A stretch of 64,000 bases of DNA. It comes from Gammaproteobacteria bacterium. Its GTDB lineage: Bacteria; Pseudomonadota; Gammaproteobacteria; GCA-001735895. This document shows positions 21,140 through 30,315 of this stretch, in pieces (the first letter of the stretch is position 1; each line of letters starts with the position of its first letter). The stretch lies in contig JBDNJA010000210.1 in the NCBI GenBank assembly GCA_041688005.1, positions 151-64,150 of the forward strand. Reading direction: 5' to 3'. Both the position numbers and the translations under genes were made by a program. The notes below the pieces were generated by a model, which ran no database searches, was not told the DNA's origin, and worked only from the letters and a program-made list of their open reading frames with translations.

Positions 21140-22138
21140 ATGTCATTTAGTATTGGCCCCTATCAATTTGCCAACCAATTAGTACTTGCGCCCATGGCGG
21201 GCGTGACTGACCGACCATTTCGTCAGCTTTGTCGGTCGTTAGGTGCAGGGATGACAGTATCTGAAATGATTACCAGCAGGCCCGATTTACGTGACAGCCG
21301 TAAAACACAATTGCGCATGGACCATAAAGGTGAGCCTGGACCAATTATTGTACAGATTGCCGGAGGCATCCCGCGCATGATGGGTGACGCCGCACGTTAC
21401 AACGTCGATCACGGCGCTCAAATTATCGATATCAATATGGGCTGCCCTGCCAAGAAAGTTTGCAAGGTCGATGCTGGCTCCGCACTGCTCAAAGACACAA
21501 AGCTGGTCAGTTCAATTCTTTCCGCAGTGGTTGAGTCGGTATCGATTCCAGTCACATTGAAAATGCGAACCGGATGGTCACGCGAGAACAAAAATGCACT
21601 TGAAATAGCAAAAATTGCAGAAGACTGCGGCATTCAGGCACTGACAATACATGGACGAACCAGGGAAGATAAATATTTAGGGCAAGCTGAATACAAGACT
21701 ATTCGCAAGGTAAAACAAAGCATCAGTATTCCGGTAATTGCTAATGGTGATATTGATAGCGCACAAAAAGCAAAGATGGTCATGGACTTCACTGGTGCTG
21801 ATGCTATTATGATAGGCCGTATTGCGCAGCAGCGGCCCTGGATTTTTGAGCATATCGAGCACTTTTTAGTGACTGGAAAAATGCAGCAGGAACCAGTTGA
21901 GCAGCAAAAGCAAAAGTGGCTAAGAGACCACTTAGATAATTTATATGCGTTTTACGGCGAATATCTTGGGGTTCAGATCGCGCGGAAGCACATTAATTGG
22001 CAACTAGGACAAAACTGTCAATATAGTGCAAAAGTAAAAGCTGCTTTAATGCAGACAACGACCGCAGAAGCCCAGCTATCATTGATTGATGCATATTTTG
22101 AGCAATGTAATCAGGAAGAACTTGCCAGAATATCTTAA
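21140..22138 (+). CDS. dusB: tRNA-dihydrouridine synthase B
   Basis: 332 aa with LAPMAGVTDRPFR, located upstream of fis. Confidence 0.95.
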   Translation: MSFSIGPYQFANQLVLAPMAGVTDRPFRQLCRSLGAGMTVSEMITSRPDLRDSRKTQLRMDHKGEPGPIIVQIAGGIPRMMGDAARYNVDHGAQIIDINMGCPAKKVCKVDAGSALLKDTKLVSSILSAVVESVSIPVTLKMRTGWSRENKNALEIAKIAEDCGIQALTIHGRTREDKYLGQAEYKTIRKVKQSISIPVIANGDIDSAQKAKMVMDFTGADAIMIGRIAQQRPWIFEHIEHFLVTGKMQQEPVEQQKQKWLRDHLDNLYAFYGEYLGVQIARKHINWQLGQNCQYSAKVKAALMQTTTAEAQLSLIDAYFEQCNQEELARIS

Positions 22139-22176
22139 TTAAAACTATGTGTGAGCTAGGGTAAGTCGTTAAATTT

Positions 22177-22425
22177 GTGAAAAATAAAAGTCAAAAAAGC
22201 GCGCTACAACAGTCAGTTGAAAAGGCAATACGACAGTATTTAGCAGATCTCGACGGAGAAACCCCCTGTAGTTTATTCGACACGGTTATCGCAGAAATTG
22301 AACGCCCTCTGATACAAACTGTATTCAATCACTGCAACAATAATCAATCGAAAACAGCGACTTACCTCGGCATTAATCGAGGTACATTACGCAAAAAGTT
22401 AAACCAGTATCAGATCGAACATTAA
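22177..22425 (+). CDS. fis: DNA-binding protein Fis
   Basis: 82 aa with a C-terminal HTH NQSKTATYLGINRGTLRKKL. Confidence 0.9.
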   Translation: MKNKSQKSALQQSVEKAIRQYLADLDGETPCSLFDTVIAEIERPLIQTVFNHCNNNQSKTATYLGINRGTLRKKLNQYQIEH

Positions 22426-22586
22426 TTCCACTCACGACCGGCAATATTTCGACATAAGCGAATAGATCATGAACAAACGGAACATGAACAAATAGATCGT
22501 CACCTCGATAAAACGGGCAAGGACAATATCTCTCACATAATCATTCAGCTATAATGCCGTTTTTTTGATTCAGGCTCAGCAAAATT

Positions 22587-24155
22587 ATGTCTTCATCCGC
22601 ACAGCCCGTACGCCGCGCATTAATCAGTGTCTCAGATAAATCAGGAATCGTTGAACTAGCTAGCCGTTTGCACGCTAAAGGCGTTGCCTTACTGTCGACC
22701 GGCGGCACCGCAAAATTAATCGCCGAGAACAACATTCCCGTCACAGAAATAGGCGACTACACCGGCTTCCCTGAGATGATGGCAGGGCGCGTTAAAACAC
22801 TGCATCCCAAGGTTCATGGAGGCATTCTAGCTCGACGTGGCATTGACGAAGATGTGATGGAAGCCAATGAAATCCCTCCCATCGACCTGGTGATCGTTAA
22901 CCTTTATCCATTTCAGGCAACTGTGGCAAATCCAGATTGCTCCCTCGAAGACGCCATTGAAAATATTGATATTGGCGGCCCGACCATGGTCAGGGCTGCA
23001 GCGAAGAATCACGCCAGTGTTTGCATTGTTGTCGATCCTAATGACTACCCAGCCATTCTGTCAGAAATGGATGCTGATGACGGCAAGATCAGCGATACCA
23101 GCCGGTTTTCACTCGCCATCAAAGCATTTGAGCATACTGCCAGTTACGATGGTGCTATTTCCAATTACTTTGGTCGTATGGTGCAAAAAACGGAGGACAA
23201 TCAGTTCCCACGGACGATCAACCTTCAGTTCAAACATGCTCAAGGGATGCGTTATGGCGAAAACCCACATCAGAATGCCGCGTTTTATGTCGAGGCTGGC
23301 GTAACCGAATCAAGCGTATCTACCGCTGTACAATTGCAGGGGAAGTCACTTTCCTTTAATAACATTGGTGACACTGATGCAGCGCTCGAATGCGTAAAAC
23401 AATTTGAGCAACCCGCCTGCGTTATCGTTAAACACGCCAACCCCTGTGGTGTTAGTATCGATGGCAACATTCATGATGCGTATCAACGCGCTTATCAAAC
23501 CGACCCTGAATCAGCCTTTGGTGGCATCGTCGCTTTTAATCGGACGCTTGACGCAAAAACGGCCAAGGCAATTATTGACCAACAATTTGTAGAAGTGATT
23601 ATTGCACCCGACGTTGACGCCGATGCCAACGCAATCATAGCCACCAAAAAAAACGTTCGCCTACTGCGATGTGGTCAGTGGCAGACAGCTAACTATCGAC
23701 TTGATTACAAACGAGTGAACGGTGGATTGCTAGTTCAGGACGCAGACTTACAGCTCTATGACACGTTTGATGTTGTCACTGAAATAAAGCCCGACCAACA
23801 GCAAATGGACGATATGATATTTGCATTGCAAGTAGCTAAATTTGTGAAATCGAATGCCATCGTCTATGCCCGAGAACATATGACTATTGGAGTAGGCGCA
23901 GGACAAATGTCACGCATCAATAGCGCTCGCATCGCCGGTATCAAAGCGGAGCATGCCAAGCTTCAGGTGACTGGCTCAGTAATGGCATCGGATGCATTCT
24001 TCCCGTTTCGAGATGGAATCGACGCTGCGCATGACGCAGGGATTCGAGCCATCATTCAACCTGGTGGCTCGATGCGGGATGATGACGTCATTACTGCAGC
24101 CAATGAGCATGGCATTGCGATGGTATTCACCGGCATGCGCCACTTTCGGCATTGA
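22587..24155 (+). CDS. purH: Bifunctional AICAR transformylase / IMP cyclohydrolase
   Basis: 522 aa with a typical PurH sequence ([21 protein letters not shown]). Confidence 0.97.
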   Translation: MSSSAQPVRRALISVSDKSGIVELASRLHAKGVALLSTGGTAKLIAENNIPVTEIGDYTGFPEMMAGRVKTLHPKVHGGILARRGIDEDVMEANEIPPIDLVIVNLYPFQATVANPDCSLEDAIENIDIGGPTMVRAAAKNHASVCIVVDPNDYPAILSEMDADDGKISDTSRFSLAIKAFEHTASYDGAISNYFGRMVQKTEDNQFPRTINLQFKHAQGMRYGENPHQNAAFYVEAGVTESSVSTAVQLQGKSLSFNNIGDTDAALECVKQFEQPACVIVKHANPCGVSIDGNIHDAYQRAYQTDPESAFGGIVAFNRTLDAKTAKAIIDQQFVEVIIAPDVDADANAIIATKKNVRLLRCGQWQTANYRLDYKRVNGGLLVQDADLQLYDTFDVVTEIKPDQQQMDDMIFALQVAKFVKSNAIVYAREHMTIGVGAGQMSRINSARIAGIKAEHAKLQVTGSVMASDAFFPFRDGIDAAHDAGIRAIIQPGGSMRDDDVITAANEHGIAMVFTGMRHFRH

Positions 24156-24172
24156 TGGTAGAGGCTATTTAG

Positions 24173-25444
24173 ATGAAAGTTTTAGTTATTGGTGGCGGCG
24201 GGCGTGAACATGCCCTGGCCTGGAAAGCAGCTCAATCACCACTAGTGAGCCAGGTTTTTGTCGCTCCGGGTAATGCGGGCACTCATCAGGAGACTGACAT
24301 CAGCAATGTCGTCATTGATACTGAAAACACGGAAGCATTGCTCGAATTCGCCCAAAATGAATCTATCGATCTCACGATCGTTGGCCCGGAAGCACCACTC
24401 GTGAATGGTATTGTCGATCAATTCCAAGCTGCCGGACTTCGCATCTTCGGGCCCAGTGCTGCGGCAGCACAACTGGAAGGATCAAAAACATTCACCAAAG
24501 ACTTTCTGCAACGACATAAAATACCAACGGCAGAATATCAGAGTTTCACCGAAATCGAACCTGCACTCGAATATGTTAAAAGCAAAGGTGTCCCCATTGT
24601 CATTAAAGCCGACGGCCTTGCCGCTGGTAAAGGTGTCATCCTAGCGCACACTGAACACGAAGCGATTTACTCAATCAAAGACATGCTCTCAGGCAACTCA
24701 TTCGGCGATGCTGGCCATCGTGTTGTCATAGAGGAGTTTCTGTATGGAGAAGAAGCGAGTTTTATTTGCATGGTCGACGGTGAGCATGCTTTGCCACTAG
24801 CAACATCACAAGATCATAAAGCACGGGACAATGGCGACCAGGGTCCCAATACAGGTGGCATGGGTGCTTATTCCCCTGCTCCGATTGTGACGACTGAAGT
24901 TGAAGATAAAATCATGCAACAAGTGATTTGGCCTACGGTTCGAGGCATGGCCGCCGAAGGCGAAAAATATACTGGTTTTTTATATGCAGGCCTGATGGTC
25001 AGTAACACAGGTGACGTCAAGGTAATCGAATACAACTGCCGTTTCGGTGACCCAGAAGCCCAACCAATCATGATGCGACTCCAGTCAGATTTGGTTGAGC
25101 TGTGCATCGCTAGTTGTGATGGCAACCTGGTTGAGAAAAAAATACAGTGGGATTCACGCTCATGCCTTGGCGTTGTGCTGGCAGCCAACGGTTATCCAGA
25201 TAGCTACGTCAAAGGTGATATTATCAAAGGAATACCACCTGCCGATTCAGCGTCAAAGGTATTTCATGCGGGCACGAAAAAGGATGATCAGGGCAATATT
25301 CTAAGCAGTGGAGGCCGAGTTTTATGTGCTACGGCACTAGGTGACACGCTAGAGCAAGCACAGAAAAAAGCCTATCAAATAGTCAACCAAATTGACTGGG
25401 GTGGTGCCTATTTCAGGACTGATATCGGTTTTAAGGCCCTATAA
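24173..25444 (+). CDS. purD: Phosphoribosylamine-glycine ligase
   Basis: 423 aa starting [18 protein letters not shown]. Confidence 0.97.
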   Translation: MKVLVIGGGGREHALAWKAAQSPLVSQVFVAPGNAGTHQETDISNVVIDTENTEALLEFAQNESIDLTIVGPEAPLVNGIVDQFQAAGLRIFGPSAAAAQLEGSKTFTKDFLQRHKIPTAEYQSFTEIEPALEYVKSKGVPIVIKADGLAAGKGVILAHTEHEAIYSIKDMLSGNSFGDAGHRVVIEEFLYGEEASFICMVDGEHALPLATSQDHKARDNGDQGPNTGGMGAYSPAPIVTTEVEDKIMQQVIWPTVRGMAAEGEKYTGFLYAGLMVSNTGDVKVIEYNCRFGDPEAQPIMMRLQSDLVELCIASCDGNLVEKKIQWDSRSCLGVVLAANGYPDSYVKGDIIKGIPPADSASKVFHAGTKKDDQGNILSSGGRVLCATALGDTLEQAQKKAYQIVNQIDWGGAYFRTDIGFKAL

Positions 25445-25573
25445 AACTGATCTTTTTACATCCTCAGAAAAGTATTTCTATCGCCACTTATGACCTGTTT
25501 TTCAAGTAAAACATCAACTTTACTTTTTAAGCAGTTGAACTTACAGCAACTATTTTATTGATAAATAAACCAC

Positions 25574-25597
25574 CCTACCACTATATATAGTGGTAGG
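25574..25597. repeat. Perfect 24-bp palindrome
   Basis: CCTACCACTATA|TATAGTGGTAGG lies 90 bp upstream of the small ORF at 25687. Confidence 0.8.
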
Positions 25598-25686
25598 TGA
25601 TGGAATTATCCACAATATATTGTGATTTTCATCATTAAAGTTATACTGCCTCTCATCTAGCCCAGACCATTGATGAGAGTCACAAT

Positions 25687-25896
25687 ATGAAATGTTCCAA
25701 CTGCAGTTCATCCATGTTTGTCGCTGATAAAACAGCCGAAGGTAGAAGCCTGGTTACTTTTTTCCGATGTTCGACCTGTATTGGTGAACACGTATCGTCG
25801 GAACTCACCAATGATAATCAAAATTTCCCTTCTAGCCGGTTGGAATTTTTTGAATCGGATCTCGCCCAAAAACACAAACAGAGTCTAATCCTTTAA
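25687..25896 (+). CDS. Small zinc-ribbon-like hypothetical protein
   Basis: 69 aa with CSNC...CSTC (two CxxC pairs). I recognise no family. Confidence 0.45.
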   Translation: MKCSNCSSSMFVADKTAEGRSLVTFFRCSTCIGEHVSSELTNDNQNFPSSRLEFFESDLAQKHKQSLIL

Positions 25897-25898
25897 CT

Positions 25899-25947
25899 CA
25901 TCGCTTTATTACATCGCTTTATTACATCGCTTTATTACATCGCTTTT
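25899..25947. repeat. 13-bp tandem repeat, about 3.7 copies
   Basis: CATCGCTTTATTA occurs 3 times plus a partial CATCGCTTTT, starting 3 nt after the stop of the small ORF. Confidence 0.9.
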
Positions 25948-26067
25948 GTGCATAGCAAGGCATGCGTCACAAATAGCAAACAAAAGTGTTGTTAAACTTA
26001 GTTCAGCATAATTGCTAGGTAGTTCAATCAAGTAGTTGCAACATCAAAGCTCAATAGGAGAATTGGT

Positions 26068-26196
26068 ATGTTTCACTTAGATGTACAGGGTCAGCAAAAC
26101 TCTTCATCCGGCTGGTCACGTTTCATCAACCGACTCATTTACCTTCCAGGCGCGGTCATTATTTTGTACGGGCTATGGTTATCGGTAACTGTTTAA
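26068..26196 (+). CDS. Possible 42-aa membrane peptide (below ORF-track cutoff)
   Basis: AGGAGA lies 6 nt upstream of the ATG. The translation is MFHLDVQGQQNSSSGWSRFINRLIYLPGAVIILYGLWLSVTV, with one hydrophobic helix. Confidence 0.3.
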   Translation: MFHLDVQGQQNSSSGWSRFINRLIYLPGAVIILYGLWLSVTV

Positions 26197-26277
26197 TTCT
26201 GGGTGTCCCTTATGATAAGGGCACAACCTGCAGTGCTAACACTACCTTCAACCCACCCAGGGTTGAAGGCTCAAATT

Positions 26278-26690
26278 TCAAATTGATATTATAAGCGGTG
26301 AACAGCAAAGACGTGAATCAGACCAACCGGATGCTCTACGGATTAAGACCCGAATACGTGCCATCATTTCTTCTTGATGAAATGGTTTGACCCAATAATC
26401 ATCCGCACCAGCGTCCAGGCCTTCGACCTTATTCTGCCAGCGACCCCGTGTTAACACCCCGTGTCGTTAGAATTAAGATGGGCGTATTTTTGCCTTCTTT
26501 ACGAATGGCGTTGATGACTTCCAATCCTGACATTTCGGGCAAACCAAGATCGATAATGGCAACGTCGCTGGGATATTCCTGTAGTAGGTACAAGCCCTCT
26601 CGACCATTGTCAGCATAGTCGACAGCAAAACCCTCTTTTTTAGACGATTAACTATCTGCCAATTGTCCATGTGATCAAATTTCTGGCTCC
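26278..26690 (-). pseudogene. Decayed OmpR/PhoB-family response regulator (receiver domain only)
   Basis: Multi-frame reading gives ..NWQIVNRLKK|[60 protein letters not shown]|[36 protein letters not shown]. It is broken by a 1-nt loss in an A-run (26636-26641) and by a 13-bp partial duplication (ACCCCGTGT at 26443 and 26456). No winged-helix domain follows. Confidence 0.75.
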
Positions 26691-26692
26691 TT

Positions 26693-26725
26693 ACTAATTA
26701 CATAACACTAATACATAACACTAAT
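26693..26725. repeat. 13/14-bp tandem repeat, about 2.5 copies
   Basis: The units are ACTAATTACATAAC, ACTAATACATAAC and partial ACTAATTC. Confidence 0.8.
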
Positions 26726-26939
26726 TCTTAATTTAATACGCTTGTCTGGATGGTATGGCATTTCTATATGGTGGCGCTCTCCCTGATATCGGTAGGTGAC
26801 ATCATAGCTGTCTACAACTTCATCAAAACTAACTTGATGTTGCACTTCACACTGTTCTTCGTATTGGGTATAGCGATGGCTCAGGCTTGAATGGCGTGAA
26901 TATAGACTCAGGTTGCTGAATCAAAGCTTAACGCATCCT

Positions 26940-27035
26940 CGACAACTGCTCCTGCGTTGTTCTAATACCGTCCATCCATGGACATATCGACAACTGCTCC
27001 TGCGTTGTTCTAATACCGTCCATCCATGGACATAT
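26940..27035. repeat. Perfect 48-bp tandem duplication containing a hairpin (REP-like element, 2 copies)
   Basis: CGACAACTGCTCCTGCGTTGTTCTAATACCGTCCATCCATGGACATAT occurs twice (26940-26987 and 26988-27035). Each copy contains GTCCAT-cc-ATGGAC. Confidence 0.95.
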
Positions 27036-27149
27036 GCTCTCGCTCCTTACCTACATATATGTAGGCAAAGCTTAACATTACCGAGGAACAACTAAATTGT
27101 GAGACTAAAATTATGCGTTTGTTACTTTCTTTGGCATAAATCTAGAGCA

Positions 27150-28319
27150 CTAATCTCGTCTCAACTTGTCATTCAGGGCAATTGGAGTTGGGTACTTTGC
27201 GACAATGTAATAGGAGGAAAATACAAAGCTGACCAATGTTGCGATTTGAATCAGGTAGGAGACCTCGGCGCGAATGATGGCAAGCTCTGTCGCCATCACG
27301 GCCAGTAGTAGAGAAAACTCACTCATTTGTCCAAGTCGCATGGCAATTTCGGTAGAGCGGCCTGAAGTTTCATCAGAAAAGCGAAGCAAGAATCGGAACA
27401 AAATGGGTTTAATGACGATTGCAATCAAACTCAGTCCGACTGCCACTAACCAGATATCACCCAGAATACCCAAATTGAAATTAGCGCCTAACGCAACAAA
27501 GAAAATGATCAGGAAAAAATCACGCAACGGTTTCAGGTTTTCGGCTATAAACAGTGCGATTGGATTCCGCGCAATCGTAACGCCAGCAATAAACGCACCG
27601 ATTTCATAGGATAGACCCAACTGCTCTGCCAGTTCGGCAAGCCCCAAACACCAGCCAACGGCCACCAGAAAGATATACTCCTGAATACGATCAAACTTCA
27701 TGATCAATCGTGTCAGTACATACTTTTCCAACACATAGGCAATACTAACCATCACTGGAAATGCGAGCAACGGTTTACTCATCGCGAGCCAACCAATATC
27801 AGCGTTCGAGCTACCTTCGAGCACCAACATCAGAAAAATAGCGATGATATCTTGTAGCAACAAGACACTAATGATCACCTCACCGGTACGCTGGTGGTGC
27901 AAAACGGTGGTCGGTATTAATTTCAGCCCGACGATGGTGCTAGAAAACATGAGCGCCGCACCAATAATGAGTGACTCGGTGACGCTATAGCCAAACAGCT
28001 GACTATAGCCAAACCCAAGCGCGCACAATACGACCGAACTAATACCCGTCACGACTGTGGTTTCACCCACCATGCGAAACAAATCCTGCGGGTCTAAATT
28101 GAGCCCTAATAAAAACAATAGGAAGATAATGCCGACATTCGCAATATCCTGAATTAGGCTGGCATCCGCTATCAGATTCAGGCCCCAGGGGCCTATTAAA
28201 AGCCCAAGGCTGATATAAGCAATAATCAATGATTGACGCACGTATAGCGCCACCGTTGCCAATACTGCGGCACCAGTAAATATTAGAAAAAGGATATAAA
28301 CAATCGAGGTATTTTCCAT
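27150..28319 (-). CDS. Cation:proton antiporter (CPA2/Kef-type Na+/H+ exchanger family), membrane domain only
   Basis: 389 aa, polytopic, with a typical N-terminus (..ISLGLLIGPWGLNLI..). Confidence 0.8.
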   Translation of the reverse strand: MENTSIVYILFLIFTGAAVLATVALYVRQSLIIAYISLGLLIGPWGLNLIADASLIQDIANVGIIFLLFLLGLNLDPQDLFRMVGETTVVTGISSVVLCALGFGYSQLFGYSVTESLIIGAALMFSSTIVGLKLIPTTVLHHQRTGEVIISVLLLQDIIAIFLMLVLEGSSNADIGWLAMSKPLLAFPVMVSIAYVLEKYVLTRLIMKFDRIQEYIFLVAVGWCLGLAELAEQLGLSYEIGAFIAGVTIARNPIALFIAENLKPLRDFFLIIFFVALGANFNLGILGDIWLVAVGLSLIAIVIKPILFRFLLRFSDETSGRSTEIAMRLGQMSEFSLLLAVMATELAIIRAEVSYLIQIATLVSFVFSSYYIVAKYPTPIALNDKLRRD

Positions 28320-28447
28320 TTCAGGAATCGCACTTCACATCAGCCCAGGATAGAGCGATTCTAACACGCCGAGGAGAAACTGGCCTTACTGCTCGGCGGT
28401 TACCTATGGTTTGGCTAGGTGATGGTAATTGATTGAGCCATATTTTG

Positions 28448-29233
28448 TTAGGCCGATAAAGAAGCCTCTATTAATCGCTTCACCTCGGATGGTTCAAAAG
28501 GCTTATCCATAATAGCCGATACACCGTCTTGTTGAATGGCTGCGAGCTTTCCAGCGTCGCCCTCAGTCGTCACCATGAGCACTGGAACAGCGCTTTGATT
28601 TCTTTTCGTTCGAATAAAACGTAACAGCTCATGCCCATCTACTTCTGGCATATTAAAATCGGTGACAATCAAATCATAACGATTAATCTGAATCAGCGGT
28701 ATTGGTTCACTACCATCATCGGCTTCAGTAATTTTTTCAATACCCATTTTGTTCAAGGTTCGACGAATCATTTTTCGAGCTAATGCACTATCATCGACCA
28801 CCAAAACGTCAAGGCCTCCGATGTCTAGCACTTCGAGGGGAATTTGTTCGGGGTTTTCCCAATCCAGTGCACTGGTCACAGCGCGTTTTAAATCACTTGC
28901 CACAAACGGTTTATTCAGCACTGCCGAAGCACCCGCCTGTTTGATGGGGTCTAGCTCCTTAAATAAGGTAGCTGTTGAGATTAAAATAAAAGGGGTGTTT
29001 TCGATTGTCTCAAATTCACGCATTTCTAGCACCAAATCACGGCCAGTCATATCTTTAAGATGCAGAGAGCTAATTACTAAATCGGGAATGTTATCAAATA
29101 TTGCGTCAAGTGCTTCCGCCCCAGTGCGGAATTGACCAATACCCAAGTCTTCAAACTGTTGCAAAACGATCTTGCTTTGTGCGGTTGATGGTTCCACTAA
29201 AACCACATAGATTGAGGCCATTTGGTGTTCCAT
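28448..29233 (-). CDS. Tandem-receiver response regulator (degenerate REC + canonical CheY-like REC), no output domain
   Basis: 261 aa. REC2 has DD (VVDDS), the phospho-Asp context LIVTDFNMP, T (MVTTE) and K (MDKPF). REC1 lacks the acidic pair (LVEPS) and has Ser at the phospho-acceptor position (LVISSLHL). Confidence 0.8.
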   Translation of the reverse strand: MEHQMASIYVVLVEPSTAQSKIVLQQFEDLGIGQFRTGAEALDAIFDNIPDLVISSLHLKDMTGRDLVLEMREFETIENTPFILISTATLFKELDPIKQAGASAVLNKPFVASDLKRAVTSALDWENPEQIPLEVLDIGGLDVLVVDDSALARKMIRRTLNKMGIEKITEADDGSEPIPLIQINRYDLIVTDFNMPEVDGHELLRFIRTKRNQSAVPVLMVTTEGDAGKLAAIQQDGVSAIMDKPFEPSEVKRLIEASLSA

Positions 29234-29376
29234 TTTTTCTCCCTTTAGTCACTCGAAAAACGCTACTGTTATGTATAGCACAGCTCGCCAAAAAATCATT
29301 CTATTCAATTTAGTATCGCTTGATGCACCCCTTGATTTTTGGCCTCGAACGCCTAAGCTAGCCAACTGTCTTTTGA

Positions 29377-30315
29377 TTGGTCAGTTTAATGCACGCGCTT
29401 GAAATACACGATCTACATAAAACCTACGGAAACGGCTTCGAGGCATTGAAAGGTATTGACCTTGTCGTTGAAGAAGGTGACTTTTTTGCGCTACTGGGAC
29501 CCAATGGTGCAGGGAAATCGACCTGTATTGGTGTTGTATCGTCCCTGGTTAACAAAACCAGTGGCAGTGTAAAAGTATTCGGTCACAGTATCGATAATGA
29601 TTTAATTGGTGCAAAGTCAGCACTCGGTTCTGTGCCACAGGAATTTAATTTCAATACTTTTGAACCCGTCCATGAAATCGTCGTTAACCAAGGTGGTTTT
29701 TATGGTGTTCCGCGAAAAGAAGCCACCAAATTAGCCGATCACTATCTCAAAGAACTAGGCTTATGGCCACACCGCCAAGTTGAATCAGGCAAGCTGTCGG
29801 GGGGTATGAAACGCCGATTGATGATCGCAAGAGCGCTCATTCATCGACCAAGGCTATTAATCCTCGATGAGCCTACCGCTGGCGTGGATATCGAGCTACG
29901 TCGTTCCATGTGGAAATTTATGGACGAAATAAATCAGCAGGGAACCACCATTATCTTAACCACCCATTATCTCGAAGAAGCTGAATCTATGTGTCGGAAT
30001 ATCGCTATTATCGACGAAGGTTCAATCATCGAAAACACCAGCATGAAGACGTTACTTAAAAGCCTTAATAGCGAGACTTTTGTGCTTTACCTAGCAGATG
30101 AAACTCTACAGGCACCCTCTCTACAAGGCTTTGGTCGAGTGGCGCTAATCGACAGTCATACGCTTGAGGTAGAAGTGCCCAAACAACAATCACTGAACGA
30201 GCTCATTCATCAACTCGACTCACTTAAAATTACGGTTAACCGTATGCGTAATAAAGTGAACCGATTGGAAGAGCTTTTTGTCAATATCACATCAAAGAAG
30301 ATTAAAGCTGCATGA
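29377..30315 (+). CDS. ABC transporter ATP-binding protein (ABC-2 type)
   Basis: 312 aa with Walker A GPNGAGKST, signature LSGGMKRRL and Walker B LLILDEPT. Confidence 0.92.
   Translation: MVSLMHALEIHDLHKTYGNGFEALKGIDLVVEEGDFFALLGPNGAGKSTCIGVVSSLVNKTSGSVKVFGHSIDNDLIGAKSALGSVPQEFNFNTFEPVHEIVVNQGGFYGVPRKEATKLADHYLKELGLWPHRQVESGKLSGGMKRRLMIARALIHRPRLLILDEPTAGVDIELRRSMWKFMDEINQQGTTIILTTHYLEEAESMCRNIAIIDEGSIIENTSMKTLLKSLNSETFVLYLADETLQAPSLQGFGRVALIDSHTLEVEVPKQQSLNELIHQLDSLKITVNRMRNKVNRLEELFVNITSKKIKAA

Noticed and set aside
25899-27035. Tandem repeat arrays as a CRISPR array
   Set aside because: The repeats are directly adjacent (13, 13/14 and 48 bp) with no unique spacers, and there are no cas genes.
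27050-27065. 16-bp perfect palindrome CCTACATATATGTAGG as a significant site on its own
   Set aside because: About one perfect 16-bp palindrome is expected by chance in 64 kb. I kept it only as a possible relative of the 24-bp palindrome at 25574.
26913-27095. 60-aa + strand ORF with an internal 16-aa repeat
   Set aside because: The repeat is just the 48-bp DNA duplication read through. There is no start context or homology.
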